The notes under the pieces: model-generated
The model's input: the letters and a program-made list of their open reading frames with translations, nothing else
The model's database searches: none
What the model was told of the DNA's origin: nothing
Program-made: the position numbers and the translations under genes
DNA from: Eledone cirrhosa
Taxonomy: Eukaryota
Direction: 5' to 3'
Assembly (NCBI GenBank): GCA_964016885.1
Contig: OZ024753.1
Span: forward strand, 1,302,001 to 1,366,000
DNA length: 64,000 bases
Shown here: positions 1 to 16,999 of the stretch, piece by piece
How the letters are laid out: each line of letters begins with the position of its first letter
Numbering within the stretch: the first letter of the stretch is position 1

Positions 1-186
1 AAATATATACATACATACGTATATACATACATAAATACATATATATGTGTATGATTATCTAGTCCATGTACTTTGGCAGGGTCACACAGTCAGTCAAAAC
101 ACACGCACGCACATAAGCACAAACACGTATATACATGTATATATCTATATAAGAAGCACGATTAAATTATCAGGTGCGTTTGAGAA

Positions 187-461
187 ATATAACGAAGGAA
201 GTGTGGTAAGAAACCAGATAGACCCCATAACGTACCAGAGTACTCAATACTTAGGGTAGTAGAGTAGGTAATAGGAACGAGTAGGACCCCGACGGCAGAG
301 CTCAAGCCGTTTCGACGGAGTCCAGAAATAGCCGTCGAAACGGCTTGAGCTCTGCAGTCGGGGTCTTACTGGTTCCTATTACCCACTCTACTACCCTAAG
401 TATTGAGTACTTTGGTGCGTTATGGTCCATCTGGTTCCATACCACACTTCCTTCGTTATAT
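187..461. mobile_element. Fold-back (palindromic) element, family 1; putative Penelope-like-derived
   Basis: Imperfect inverted arms of about 130 bp around spacer 319-331. Carries a hammerhead 3' half GAAACGGCT..GCCGTC-GGGGTC and ends in (TA)n. Family copies at 748-943, 23217-23361, 33823-34016 and 51675-51775. Confidence 0.7.
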
Positions 462-583
462 ATACATATATGTATATATATATATACATATATGTATATA
501 TATATATACATATATGTATATATATATATACATATATGTATATATATATATATACATATATGTATATATATACATATATGTAC

Positions 584-618
<35 letters not shown>

Positions 619-719
619 TACACACGCACGCAAAGATACATATACATGTATATGCATGTATACGTATGTTAATTTTGTCAACTATACATACACACACACA
701 AACGTGTGTGTGTGTATAT

Positions 720-1049
<330 letters not shown>

Positions 1050-1417
1050 TATATACGCACGCAAAGATACATATAGAGATACACACACACATATACCTAC
1101 ACAGAGATACATATACGTGTATACCTACACAGAGATACATATACGTGTATACCTACACAGAGATACATATACGTGTATACCTACACAGAGATACATATAC
1201 GTCAATAGGCGTCTTTTTATTTCTTTTTCAATAAACATATGTTTGCATCTGTAATGCTATCATCTTTACCGACAAAAGATGCTGAATGCCTCAACATTAA
1301 AATAGTTGTGTGAAAAGCACGAGTATCATGGAAAAAAAAATCATTTCAGTTAATTTGAACTGTCAACAGTTAAACGAAACTTATTCGTTTCAATAATTCA
1401 ATGAAATCAATTTGGGT

Positions 1418-1893
1418 GGTGGTGGATTTGGCAGAATCGGTAGAGCGACGGACACCATGCTTCGGGGGGCATGGAGTTACGTCCCTTTACGTTGCTAGTT
1501 CAAATCCCGCCAAGGTTAGCCGAGGTTAGCTTTGCATTTCATCCTTACAAGGGTCGTTAAAATAATATACTAATAACGCACTGGGGCCGATTTAATTGAC
1601 TTTCCCCGCTCCCCCCAAAAAATTGCTGGCCTTGTGCCTAAAGTAGAAAGAATTATTATGGCAGAATCGGTAGAGCGTCCGACGCCATGCTTTGCAGCAT
1701 AGAGTTATGGCTCTTCATGATCTGAGTTCAAATCCCGCCGAGGTTAACTTTGCCTTTCATCCTTACGGGGGGTCGATAAAATAAAGTACCAGTCACGCAC
1801 TGGGGTCGATTTAAACGACTTTCCCCCTCCCCCAAAATTGCTGGCCTTGTGCCTATATAAGAAACCATTATTATTATTATTATTATTATTATT
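1418..1893 (+). mobile_element. Two tandem copies of tRNA-derived SINE family S1
   Basis: A box TGGCAGAATCGG, B box GTTCAAATCC, central GCCTTTCATCCTTACGGGGTCGATAAAATAAAGTACCAG, (ATT)n tail. About 18 more full or partial copies, e.g. 14545-14733(-), 24943-25123(-), 27551-27742(+), 49825-49975, 50188-50400, 51130-51318, 51815-51980(-), 53277-53485, 59615-59800(-), 61390-61575(-), 63064-63225(-). Confidence 0.85.
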
Positions 1894-3213
1894 GTTTTCA
1901 TTTTTCTTTTATTATTCTCCATTATGGTTAGTTTTATTTTTAACATCGTACGTAATCGGTCGTCGCAAACTGCGGATGCCCGTGTGTGTGCGCGCGTACG
2001 TATGTGTCAGTGTGCGTGTGCATGTGTGCGTTTGTTTATATCTCGTAAATCAACGGTTCGACTCAAATCAATACAATATATACCATACTTGAAATATAGA
2101 TTAATACTGTGATTGATGACATCGACCCCACTACTAAATAGATTCATGTCAGTGCCCCAGCAAGGCCGCAGTCTAATGAGTGAAATCATTGAAAGCAAAG
2201 TATATTTATATATCTATATATAGATATATAGATATTTATAATATATATATTTATATATAGTATTTATATATAATTGTTTCTACTTTTGGCACAAGGCCAG
2301 CAATTACCCAGTGTATTACTGGTACTTTATTTTATCGACCCCCGTAAGGATGAAAGGCAAAGTCAACCTCGGCATAATAATATATATTTATATATATATT
2401 TATATATAATATATATATTTATATATAATATATATATTTATATATAATATATATATTTATATATAGTATTTATATATATTTATATATAGTATTTATAAAT
2501 AATATATATATTTATATATAGTATTTATATATAATATATATATTTATATATATTTATATATAGTATTTATATATAATATATATATTTATATATAGTATTT
2601 ATATATAATATATATATTTATATATAGTATTTATATATAATATATATATTTATATATAGTATTTATATATAATATATATATTTATATATAGTATTTATAT
2701 ATAATATATATATTTATATATAGTATTTATATATAATATATATATTTATATATAGTATTTATATATAATATATATATTTATATATAGTATTTATAAATAA
2801 TTGTTTCTACTTTTGGCACAAGGCCAGCAATTACCCAGTACATTATAAATAATTGTTTTTATATATTAGTAGTAATAGTGATAGCACGTGATTTGAAATA
2901 GAGATATAAATATGCAAGTTTGACAAATACACTTAAATGAAGCATTTGGCGTTCTCTAGCGATGCTGATTATGTCACATCTACCAGATGTGACATAATCA
3001 CAGCTTAAAATACACATACAGCAACTTTATACGTTTCATAAACATATTGTATATAATTCCATATTCATTCCTCTCCCACACACACTCTCTCTCTCTCTTA
3101 TGCTGTGTGTGTATATATATATATGTGTGTGTGTGAACCATGAGCTAATCAGTGGCGAAACGCGCGTCACCAACCAATAAACGTAATGAAGAAGTAACCA
3201 CTCGTCCGTGTTT

Positions 3214-3255
<42 letters not shown>

Positions 3256-3256
<1 letters not shown>

Positions 3257-3831
3257 GCATACGTCAAGACGGGCGGTCTCAAAAGTGAAAGTAAATTTAT
3301 TTTCATTTTCGAACGTCGTGTTTACATTTTGTGTGTTTAAAGGAAACATGCTGGCGACGAAGCTTCTTCTTTGCACGGCTCCATGTGTTCTCTAGGAGCT
3401 GTGTGTGCACATCAGGGTCCGCAGCATCTACAAAGTTCCGTTCGTGCACCACAACATCATGAACGTAAATCCCACCTTCAATTTCCGAATAGGAAGCCCA
3501 ACCATCGGAGGTGATGCGGCTGCCTGGCAAAATCCCTGCTGAATGATGGGGACGAGAGTGTCAGAGCTTCGATTTGGGACTTCTGCAAGGCAGCAGCGTC
3601 TAGAATGGCGGACTCACCATTCTGCAAGCCTCATTACAAGATTACTTCGGTATTGAGTACTCTTCTCTCAACCGTCAACTACACACACACACACACATAT
3701 ATATACATATATATATAATCAGTTAAAACGACACTAATTTAGATCTAAACACACACAAAATGTAGACACGACGTTCGAAAATGAAAATAAATTTACTTTC
3801 ACTTTTGAGACCGCCCGTCTTGACGTATGCC
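3256..3831 (-). mobile_element. Internally deleted Merlin (IS1016/IS1595-like DDE) DNA transposon
   Basis: TIRs of about 80 bp starting GGCATACGTC; 9-bp TSD TATATTATA on both sides. Transposase remnant VPNRSSDTLVPIIQQ(fs)LPGSRITSDGWASY...HDVVVHERNFVD...HTQLLENTWSRAK. Confidence 0.85.
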
Positions 3832-3857
3832 TATATTATATACATACATACATACAC

Positions 3858-3890
<33 letters not shown>

Positions 3891-3899
3891 CATACATAC

Positions 3900-3931
<32 letters not shown>

Positions 3932-4002
3932 TGTGAAATGACAGGAGGCCAAATATGTTGCATTTCCTTAATATTTTATTGCTGTAAACACTATGCCCTT
4001 TT

Positions 4003-4087
<85 letters not shown>

Positions 4088-4569
4088 CCTGCCAACCTCT
4101 AAAAACCCAAACGGGGAGTACCATGAAAAGAAGTGCCCCAAAACGGGGAAAGATGAGGCAAAATAGGGAGATTTTACATAATGAAAGCTGTACCCATTTT
4201 CACAAGAGAAGACAGGTTTGATTATTATTATTATCCCGCCGAGGTTAACTTTGCCTTTCATCCTTACGGGGTCGATTAAATAAAGTACCAGTAATGTACT
4301 GGGATAATTGCTGGCCTTGTGCCAAAAGTAGAAACAATTATTTTAATTATTATAAAGATTTATCAATTCGTATTTTAGTCTATTTCATTGTCGTTTCTTT
4401 TGTAAATTAATCACTTCCGGGTTTGACATCGATCACTATTTACTTTCACTTTTGCGTGATTCTGCCCTTACCTGTCCTAGCATAATCAATAAAGACCATA
4501 TTGAACAGTGAATGTATGCAAAAAAGGTGTTTCCCGCTCAATATATTATATGCAAATGCATTGAAAACA

Positions 4570-4968
4570 CGGCCGGTCTCAAAAGTGAAACTAATTTTTG
4601 ACAGTTACGTACGTCATATTTTCAATTTGGATTGTGAATACGTGATATTTTTTTACACACATCCACAAACTTATAGATGTATATACACATGTACAACATA
4701 TATATGTGTGTATATGTACACATATACACATATATATATACAAACACACATATATATATATACAAACACACATATATATATATATATACACATACACATA
4801 CATATATATACACACATATACACACCCACACATATATATATATTAAGAAATCCATACAATTGCGTGTGTCTGCATTATAGTCATCTCGAAGTTTATACAG
4901 GACTATATATACACACATCTATTCAGATGAGTGAGTGTACGTAACTGTCAAAAATTAGTTTCACTTTT
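4570..4968. mobile_element. Second Merlin-related MITE remnant
   Basis: 32-bp inverted repeat at 4581-4612 / 4937-4968; shares GGTCTCAAAAGTGAAA with the 3256 TIR. Confidence 0.55.
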
Positions 4969-5006
4969 CACACATATGCCTCAGTTTAAAACTAGTTCGA
5001 CCATTA

Positions 5007-5062
<56 letters not shown>

Positions 5063-5087
5063 CGTGTGTGTGTGTGTGCGCGCGTGT

Positions 5088-5158
<71 letters not shown>

Positions 5159-5182
5159 GAAACTCAGAAACGCATTCACAAC

Positions 5183-5218
<36 letters not shown>

Positions 5219-5370
5219 CATATATATAAGATCAAAAGATGGTTAAAAAAGTTCCATGTATTTTATTATGCGCATTTCAAAAACAAATATCATCACAACC
5301 TCTCTCTCTCTCATATATATATACATATATATACATATATACACATATATATACATATATACATATATAC

Positions 5371-5805
5371 AAGATCAAAAAATGGTTAAAAAAGTTCCAT
5401 GTATTTTATTATGCGCATTTCAAAAACAAATATCATCATGCAATCATGCAGTAACATTTGCGTTTTCGTCAGATAAAATAGGGAGACATGATATGAAGGT
5501 TAAAAAACACTTGTGAATAGTGAAGTTTTAAATCAACATATAAATATAAATATGTTGATTTAAAACTTCACTATTCACAAGTGTTTTTTAACCTTCATAA
5601 CATGTCTCCCTATTTTATCTGACGAAAACGCAAATATTATTGCATGATGATATTTGTTTTTGAAATGCGCATAATAAAATACATGGAACTTTTTTAACCA
5701 TCTTTTGATCTTATATTATTTATACTCCAGTCCTACAAACTGTAGAGTGCTACTTATCCGATATCTGCATTGCTTTATTGTACTAATATAAAACTCACCT
5801 CCTAC

Positions 5806-5806
<1 letters not shown>
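5371..5806 (+). mobile_element. Fold-back hammerhead element
   Basis: Inverted arms 5371-5540 / 5551-5712, then a unique tail with an ACTC..GAGT hairpin running into (TA)n. Confidence 0.75.
5611..5681 (+). ncRNA. Minimal type I hammerhead ribozyme
   Basis: Stem I TATTTTAT/ATAAAATA, core CTGACGA (5619), long stem II, GAA followed by palindromic stem III ATGCGCAT, AUA cleavage triplet. A mirror copy lies on the minus strand at about 5402-5480. Confidence 0.85.
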
Positions 5807-8909
<3,103 letters not shown>

Positions 8910-9040
8910 GAGGTTATATTTAATTTGTTGGGATTCAACAAGCTTAAACATTTTTATAACTGATATAAAGCACTCAACAATTTAGTGGAGTAAATACACA
9001 ATATATTAATAAATGGAAACTATATTTATAAAACCATATT

Positions 9041-9106
9041 TATTTTATTATACATATTTCAAGGGCCACCAAGGCAAATTATGGTGCGCTTTCATTAGAT
9101 AAAATA
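9041..9106 (-). ncRNA. Degenerate minimal hammerhead ribozyme (core CTAATGA, G5>A)
   Basis: Minus strand reads TATTTTAT CTAATGA aagcgcacca...tggtggccctt GAA ATATGTAT A ATAAAATA. Same stem I as the 5611 motif but a different stem II. Confidence 0.7.
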
Positions 9107-9293
9107 CTGATTTGTTTTATAAATAAATATTGACATACCCGGAAAAAAAAGACAACCTTAACAGTTGGAGCTTCCTGGATAAATATGGTTTTATAAATAT
9201 AGTTTCCATTTATTAATATATATAAATATATATATAAAGATAAAAATATATAAAAATAAAGAACAAAGATCTTTGTTCTTTATTTTTCTAATG

Positions 9294-9343
9294 ACAGGCT
9301 GAAGAAATTGGGGCCCAGAACCCAACGAAACTTGAGTACCTGT
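9294..9343 (+). ncRNA. Minimal type I hammerhead ribozyme
   Basis: ACAGG CTGAAGA aattggg-gcccagaa-cccaac GAAAC ttga GTA CCTGT: 5-bp stem I, intact core, GUA triplet. Confidence 0.85.
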
Positions 9344-10303
9344 TTATGTCACTGTTGTAATTATTTATACTAAACTCGTCCTATGGACTGAGTGCTCTTA
9401 CTCTTGCATATTTCCACTTAACTTTTACTTCAGTAAACATATATATAAATCATCATCATTGTTTAACGTCCAATTTTCCACACTAGCATGGGTTAGACGG
9501 GTTGTCCCATTTGAGGCAGGTTGGTTCAGGTAACTGTGTCTAGCTCACACAGAACTTTCTCGCTTGGTTTCTACAGCTGGATGCCCTTTCTAATGCCAAC
9601 CACATTTACTGTGTGTGCTGGATGCTTTTTGTCATGACACCTACATGACCACTTTACTGTACGGGCTGAGTGCTTTTTGTTGTGTCACCATCATGACCAC
9701 TTTACAGTGTGGGCTCGAGATTTCACTGGACATATGTTATAGCCTGTCCTCATAAGAGCTGTATGGGAATCTAAGGTGGGGGTGGTGCATACTATATATA
9801 TATGTATGCTTCAGCTTAGGCCCATGGGAAGGCAGGTCTTCTGTTTACTGCAAAACGCCAGAGACCCCGGTCCTGTATCATCCTCTTTGAGAGCTGCAAT
9901 TTAGCAAGGTCAATTTTATTAACTCATCCCAAGTTTTTCTGGGTCACTCCACTCCAAGGCTTCCATCAATTTTGAGCACTCTGCAACTTTTTATACTGCT
10001 GTTATCCTTCATACCATCATGTGACCATACTAACGCAGTCTCCTCTCCTGCCTCCGATTCTTCTTATGCCTAGTATCTCTCTCAGTTCGTTTACATCAGG
10101 CTCATTTTTATATGACATTTTTGTCTTTGTGGTTGGAAGGTATGCAGGCGTAGCTGATTTTCACTAGTGGCCTGTTGAAAATTTTCCTATTCCTATGTTC
10201 AGGAAGGAAATGTTTTTCTATTAATTCTAAGATTTTTTTCCTATGTTAGTTAATCAAATTTTATTTCATTTTCTACTTTTACAGGTGCGCGTGCGCACAC
10301 ACA

Positions 10304-10335
<32 letters not shown>

Positions 10336-10336
<1 letters not shown>

Positions 10337-10706
10337 CAGTAGTCCCCCAGTATTCGCAGGGGATATATATCCTTAGCGCGCCCGCGAAGAGTGAAAAGCT
10401 GCAAATATTGAACATGGTTCATAAAAATATCCATAAACGTCAAAATATAACATAAAATATAAAAAAAAAAAAGAGGGACCGTCTTATTCAAAGGGGCGTC
10501 CAATAGGCCAGCAAATATGACATATTGGTAATAATCTAGCGTTAAAAAAATATATATTGACACGAAAAAAGCCATTCAAAAAATTGCGGAAGATATTTAC
10601 AATTCCGCGGATATGCGGTGATTTCCTCGAACAATTAATTATTAGTTGGGTTTCTAAGGAAAATTCCACGAATTACTGGGGCCGCCAATAGCAGGGATAC
10701 ATAGTA
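10336..10706. mobile_element. Tc1/mariner-pogo (Tigger-like) MITE
   Basis: TA-CAGTAGTCCCCCAGTATTCGC start with a degenerate complementary end; second copy at 28051-28362. Confidence 0.6.
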
Positions 10707-10821
10707 TATTTATATATAAATATATAGTTAAAAAAACTTTTTCACAATCCGAAGTCTGGGTAATCAGCTGGTAACACGTACGTGGCTGGTCAAGATGTTT
10801 GACGGACACAGTCCAAAGGTG

Positions 10822-10867
<46 letters not shown>

Positions 10868-10871
<4 letters not shown>

Positions 10872-11118
10872 TCATCATTTTACGTCAGCTTTTCCCTGCT
10901 TGCAAGGGTGGGACGGGTCCTATTCAGCACAGCATCTCTCCACTTGCCACGGTCCTTCGTCATCTCCTCCGTGAGCTTCAGTGATCTGAGGTCTGCTCTC
11001 ACCACCTCCGCCCATGTTTTTTGTGGTCTTCCTCTACTGCGTCTTGCTTCTACTGGGGTTTCTTGGCACTTCTTTACCCATCGGTAATCCTCCATGTGCA
11101 TCACATGTCCATACCATA
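10868..11118 (-). mobile_element. RTE LINE 3' fragment
   Basis: WYGHVMHMEDYRWVKK...RSRGRPQKTWAEVVRADL; (GAT)n tail. Confidence 0.85.
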
Positions 11119-11603
11119 TGATTGCTGCAAACTCTGCTAAGAGTATTGCAATCGCTTGTCAGATTATAGAGTTCGGTGCAACTTTAGGTTACAGCCAGCC
11201 ATATGAACGAGTAACAGATCCTGACCAAGAAATTCCTGTGCTTTGAAGGTTTTTAAGTGGGGAAAGGCCCTGCACTTGACCAATCCCACTCGCTGAGCAT
11301 CGAAAACACTACCTAAAAGGAGAACTGGCCAACATCATTGGATCGTTCCGAAGCCACTGATTTTTTTTTTTCAAAGTTTCCCTCTCCTAGAAAGGTGTGA
11401 CAACAACTGGGGGCCTTTCACTCCCAGGTAAAAAAAACAAAAAAAAAACTACTATTTGGAGAGCCGTTGACTCTGCTGAGTTTCTCCGCCCTTTGCCGGG
11501 TCTTGTATTTCATCCCACAGGGTGTCCAAATGTCACCCCCCCCCCTCACCAAGCTAGCTTGGTGGGGTTGCCGGTTTAGTCGCCGACAACCTGACCATGA
11601 GAC

Positions 11604-11649
<46 letters not shown>

Positions 11650-11668
11650 ACACACACACGTGTGTGTG

Positions 11669-11703
<35 letters not shown>

Positions 11704-12254
11704 ATGTATGTATGCCTGCATGAATGAATGTAAGTGTGTCCATGTCTGTATTTATGCCTTGTAACTTAGCAGTTCAATAAAAAAGAGATCAATAAAATAA
11801 GTATCAAGCTTTAAAATATATATACTGAGGTTGATACAATCAAATAAATTAAGGTTGTGCCCCAGCATGGCCACAGTTCAATGACTAAAACCAGTAAAAA
11901 AAATCTTTTAAAATAAAAGCTTATGTGAAACAGTGTGTTGATATATTTATGCTACTCTCTCTAGGGCAGGTAAAATTCCCAAGATCCATGGACGAGTTCT
12001 CTCCAGTGGTCTCTGCCCTTTATCATCACCACTATGACTCGTGTCTCCCAGAAACAAGTGTCTGTCCTTAGAGCATTGACTCTGAGTAACTGAAACACAG
12101 ATCAAGTCAATCAGAGTTACTATGTATTGTTAGTTCATCTGTCCAGATGAACTAACACCAACAGACTTGCCTATATCATCACCTTTCAAATCAATCAGCT
12201 AGGGCAATTATTTTGTCAATGAACATGCATACATCATGTATAATATTAATCTAC

Positions 12255-12903
12255 TTAAGCAATGTTACATGGTAGTGAAACCTGGGTGGTGTGTGTAGAA
12301 GACTTGCGTAGATTAGAAAGAAACGACGCTTGCATGCTCTGATGGATGTGTAATAGTAATATACGTGAATGGCAAAGCATAAATGAATTGAGAGAGAGAC
12401 TGAGCATAAGAGGAATCAAATACTGTGTGCAGGAGAGGAGATTGAGTTGGTATGGACACGTGATGCATATGAAGGATGACAGCTGCATAAAAAGGTGCAC
12501 AATACTAAAAGTCGATCAAAGGCAATGACACAGGACCAAGACCTCTGGCGTCACACAGTCACACAGAAGACCCGACTTCCCATGGGTACAAGCCAAAGCT
12601 AAAGCATATAGCCAATATGCATCCACCCCCCTCCCACTGCAAAGTAGTCATATAGGTGTCACGACAAAACAGCACCCAGCCCACACTGTAAAGTGGTCGT
12701 GTAGGTGCCACGGTAAAAAAGCACTCAGTACTCACTGGAAATGAGGTTGGTGTTGGGAAGGGCATCCAACTGTAGAAATCAAGCCCAAATCAGTTCCCGT
12801 ATGAGCAAGACATGGTCACCCGACCTGGCATTGCCCACAACAGGACAACCCGTCTAACCCATGCTAGCGTGGAAGAATGGACGTAAAACGGTGATGATGA
12901 TGC
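12255..12903 (+). mobile_element. RTE LINE 3' fragment plus composite tail
   Basis: AMLHGSETW..., ERRLSWYGHVMHM; ends GGACGTAAAACG(GAT)n. Confidence 0.75.
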
Positions 12904-14041
12904 ATGAACATGTTATGCATTGGGAAGAAGATGATAAAAAAAAAGTGAGCGAGAGAATGTATATATTGAAGGAAAAATGGTAATAGTGAGAGAAAAGACA
13001 GAAGGAAAAGACTTATATTTACAGTCAGTATGTTACACAGTTGGAGAGAGAGAAGAGTATTTATCAGAAGGAAAAAATAACAGTGAGAAGCAGAAAAACT
13101 GGAACACTATTTACAAACAATATGTTATGTGGTTAAAGGAAAAGGCAAAATGAGAGAGGAAGAAGAATACTTTATCAGGGAAATGGAGGATTGATAAGGA
13201 TGGGAGGCATACATACTCATATGCGATGTATTGAGAGATGCAGTAACTGTTAAGTTAGTCATGCTATTGGTGGTCTAAATCTAATGTCTGTCTTGAGCCA
13301 AGATGTTCATCAGGCTGGTGTTTATCCTAGTTTCCATGATGTGAAGCCATTAAGAGTACAAGACACCTCCTCGACAGGGTTAAACCCCCAGCTATTACTG
13401 GTACGCATTTTCAGTTGAGTATACTGGAGCAATGTGAAATGAAGTGTTTTGTTTAAGAACACAACATACAACCCAGTCCAGGAATTGAACCCATGATATC
13501 ATGATCATAAGGTCAACACCCTTACCACTAGGCCACACGCCTCCACTGTTATTAGTGTGGATATTAGTTAATGGAGTTATGGCTATGGGTGTGGTAAGGA
13601 GGAAGAGGAGGGAAAGATTGGATGTTTTTTTATTGAACTAAAATTTATTTCTTAAAAAACTGTCAATTTGTTTATGCATGCACTATATCTATCTATCTAC
13701 TACTAAAAGTCTGTGGTTGCTTGCTTGTCTGTCTGTAATGTAATACAGCCAAAAGGGTGCATTATGGGAAAATACTGTGAAAGAAGAGTTGGGAATACAA
13801 ATGGAATGAAACTTGTTTCGCATAAATTGGAGCACGGGTTCCTGAGATATAAGGTTTTTCTGGGTACCTTCATAAATAGAGATAGAGAGAAAGAGATAGT
13901 GGTTGTGAGAGAGAGTAGATTGCGAGACATAGAGAGAGGGAGACAGTGAAGAAGAAAGAGAGAGGGAGACAGTGAAGGATAATGGAGGAGAGAGGGAGAC
14001 AGTGAAGGATAATGGAGGAGAGAGAGAGCCAGTGGAGTTGT

Positions 14042-14075
<34 letters not shown>

Positions 14076-14544
14076 TATGACCAGTGTATATAGATCAGAC
14101 ACCCGCATATATATATATATACACACACACACATATATAATATATATGTATGTATACAAACACACATATTTATATATATACACACATGTATATATATATG
14201 GGCCTTCCAGTTTCATTTCACATTATATACATGTTTGCGTATATCTTAATTATTTAAAAATTTTATTATTTTGAAGTGAACATGTCCCAGCGGGTGGTCT
14301 AGTTGCAATTAACATTCATTTTACAAAGAACTTAAGTTTCCTATTAGATAAGATTAATTAATTATAATTAATAAAGCACAGGGTGAAACAGAAGCACCAG
14401 TAATGCACTGGGGTTGATAAATCGACATTCCTTTCCACTTCAAATTGCTGGCCTTGTGCCTAAAGTAGTAACAGTTGTTATGATAATTAAGGTTGATAAA
14501 ATAGCGAAAAAATGTACTTGGATAATAAGCCATAACAACAATAA

Positions 14545-14733
14545 TAATTGTTTCTACTTTAGGCACAAGGCCAGCAATTACCCAGTTCATTACTGGTACT
14601 TTATTTTATCGACCCCGTAAAGATGAAAGGCAAAGTCAACCTCGACGGGATTTGAACTCAGATCGTAAAGGGACGTAACTATGCTGGAAAGCATGGCGTC
14701 CGACCCTCTACCGATACTGCCAATCCACCGCCA
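14545..14733 (-). mobile_element. SINE S1 copy just upstream of the CAT exon 1 acceptor
   Basis: Reverse complement of the S1 consensus. Confidence 0.85.
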
Positions 14734-14790
14734 TAGCTAACCAATCCATAATAACAACAATAATGATATTTCTTTCAGACAAACTTCAAC

Positions 14791-16410
14791 ATGGCAAAAA
14801 TCTTGGATGGATTATCTCACTGCTGGAAAATTCTCAACAGAAAGAAAACTATAACTGAAGAATTTGAGGAGACACCACTTCGGAAATGTCTGACAACATC
14901 GGATATCTTTCTACTGGGAGTTGGTCATATGATTGGAGCAGGCATTTATGTTACCACTGGAACAGTTGTCAAAAATCTTGCTGGTCCTTCTGCTGTTTTA
15001 TCCTACCTCTTTGCTGGTATTGCTGCTATGTTGTCCGCTCTATGTTATGCTGAATTTGGAGCACATGTCCCAAAAGCTGGATCTGCTTATTCATATATAT
15101 ATGTGATTCTTGGAGAAATATGGGGTTTCATTGTTGGCTGGAATATTATCTTGGAACAAATTTTAGGGGCAGCATCTGTTGCAAGAGCATGGAGTGGATC
15201 TATGGATACATTATTTAATGGAGCGATACGGAATGGTACAATTGCTGTCTTTGGTTACCTTGGAAAATCTCCTTGGCATTCAGATTATCCCGATATTCTT
15301 GCATTTGGAATATGTATCACCTGCTTTTGTTTTGTATCTATAAGTGCCAAAGTAACTCTCAGATTTAACAATGTTTTCACCGTCCTTAATGTTTTAGTTC
15401 TTATCTTTATCATAATTGCTGGACTATGTTATGCTGACATTTCTTACTGGACCGATCCAAAATATGGAGGATTTTTTCCATATGGACTTTCTGGAACATT
15501 ATCAGGATCTGCTGCCTGCTTCTTTGCATATATTGGCTTCGAAGGAATTGCAACATCAGCAGAAGAAGCTAATAACCCAAGTAAATCAATTCCAATCGCT
15601 AGTATTGGTGGTGTGGCTATTGTCACTGTATTTTATGTTCTAATAACTATAAGCTTAACCCTTGTACTACCATATTATGATGTAAACGTATCTGCTCCTT
15701 ATCCACATGCTTTTTCCACCCTGGGTGTGTATTGGATCCAATATATCATTGCTATTGGTACTTTATTTGGAATAACAACATCTCTCTTAGGGAGTGCCTT
15801 CTCACTTCCTCGCTCCGTCTATTCCATGGCATCAGATGGGCTGCTCTTTCGCTTCCTTTCCAATGTTAATGAAAAAACACAAACTCCAATTGCAGCCATT
15901 ATATTATTTGGATTACTTTCTGGTTTAATGTCTATGTTATTTGAGATGGAAACTTTAGTCGAGTTCCTCTCAATTGGGACCCTCTTTGCTTATACTATTG
16001 TGGCACTCAGTGTGATTGTTTTACGATATATGCCTGTTACAAAATGTCAATTTAAATTAAGAACTGAGGAGATAGATGCAGAAATTGATGAAGTTTCATC
16101 TGAAGTGGCATCTGAAAAACACAATATTGTTCGAACTAAAAGTCATGATGATTTTGGCCGGCTACGCCAGAACTTAAGAAATATGCCGATTTTGCGTCAT
16201 TTTAATCCTGGTAATGCAGCCATTTTGGCAACCATGTTGATGGCCTGTTCTATGATAGCATTGGGATTACTTCTGGTGTTAGGAATGGATCATCTTTCAA
16301 ATTACAAATGGTGGGCAATATTACTCTTTGTTGTCTTCACAGCCTGCATCATTTTCTTCTATATGGTCATAGTTGCTCATGAACAAAATTCTGCTTTCCT
16401 CACTTTCCAG
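14791..16410 (+). CDS. Cationic amino acid transporter (SLC7A1-4/A14 CAT family, APC superfamily), coding exon 1
   Basis: Hydrophobic ORF with CAT motifs GVGHMIGAGIYV, LSALCYAEFGAHVPKAGSAYSY, FFAYIGFEGIATSAEEANNP and LSIGTLFAYTIV. Acceptor tttcag ends at 14778; donor CAG|gtaaga at 16411 (phase 0). The last 8 aa of the track ORF are intronic read-through. Confidence 0.96.
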
Positions 16411-16433
16411 GTAAGAAGTGCTCAATTCATTTT

Positions 16434-16664
16434 TTAACCCATTAGTATTTCCATCACTCTATATATACTATTATATTTTCACAGTAAAGGCTTTACCTCA
16501 CATAGTTATCTCTCATAATATCGAATCTATGAGATTTTTATATTATTTATTTTGAGGGCAATACCTTAAGTATCAGTATGAGTGGCCAGTTACAGTTAGT
16601 TTGAACAGTAAGAGGTGGGAGAATTATGGCCGAATATGACTGGTTTAAATGTCAATGGGTTAAT
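16434..16664. mobile_element. piggyBac-like MITE (about 225 bp)
   Basis: TTAA-CCC...GGG-TTAA ends with TIR consensus CCCTTTAGCATTTA. Copies at 24819-26073 (interrupted), about 30425-30629, 35992-36214, 36551-36784 and 37562-37790(-). Confidence 0.75.
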
Positions 16665-16999
16665 GCTTACTAAACTCTTAATATTCTGTAATAATTTAGC
16701 AGAAAATATCTAGAAATGAGTTTTGTTAATTCAACTATTTATAGTATTTTACAAGTGGGCAGATCATTGGGAAAATGCATCATATTAGAGTAAATTGTTC
16801 ATGTGATGCAGTCATAGTGTTTTGTACTTTTCAAAAATGTCTTGCTAATGAGGTTTTTCCTAATATATCAACTTATGTCAAAATAAACCAAAAGAAGTAG
16901 CTTACAGTTCAGTATTAAATTTCTAATTGGAGATCAGCCCCCACCCCTCACCCCAAAAAATGTAATATGCAATTATAATTAAAAAAACAATATGTAAAT

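Noticed and set aside
2966-3000. 16-bp perfect hairpin (a similar isolated hairpin lies at about 52160-52214)
   Set aside because: No ribozyme core, family copies or context to assign a function.
3132-3181. Hammerhead-like ..CCATGA gcta..tggc GAAACGCGCGTC ACC
   Set aside because: The 3' half is good but the CUGANGA core is not intact; at best a decayed copy.
16411-16437. CAT C-terminus VRSAQFIF* from the ORF track
   Set aside because: It lies after a canonical donor; the true C-terminus is in the downstream exons.
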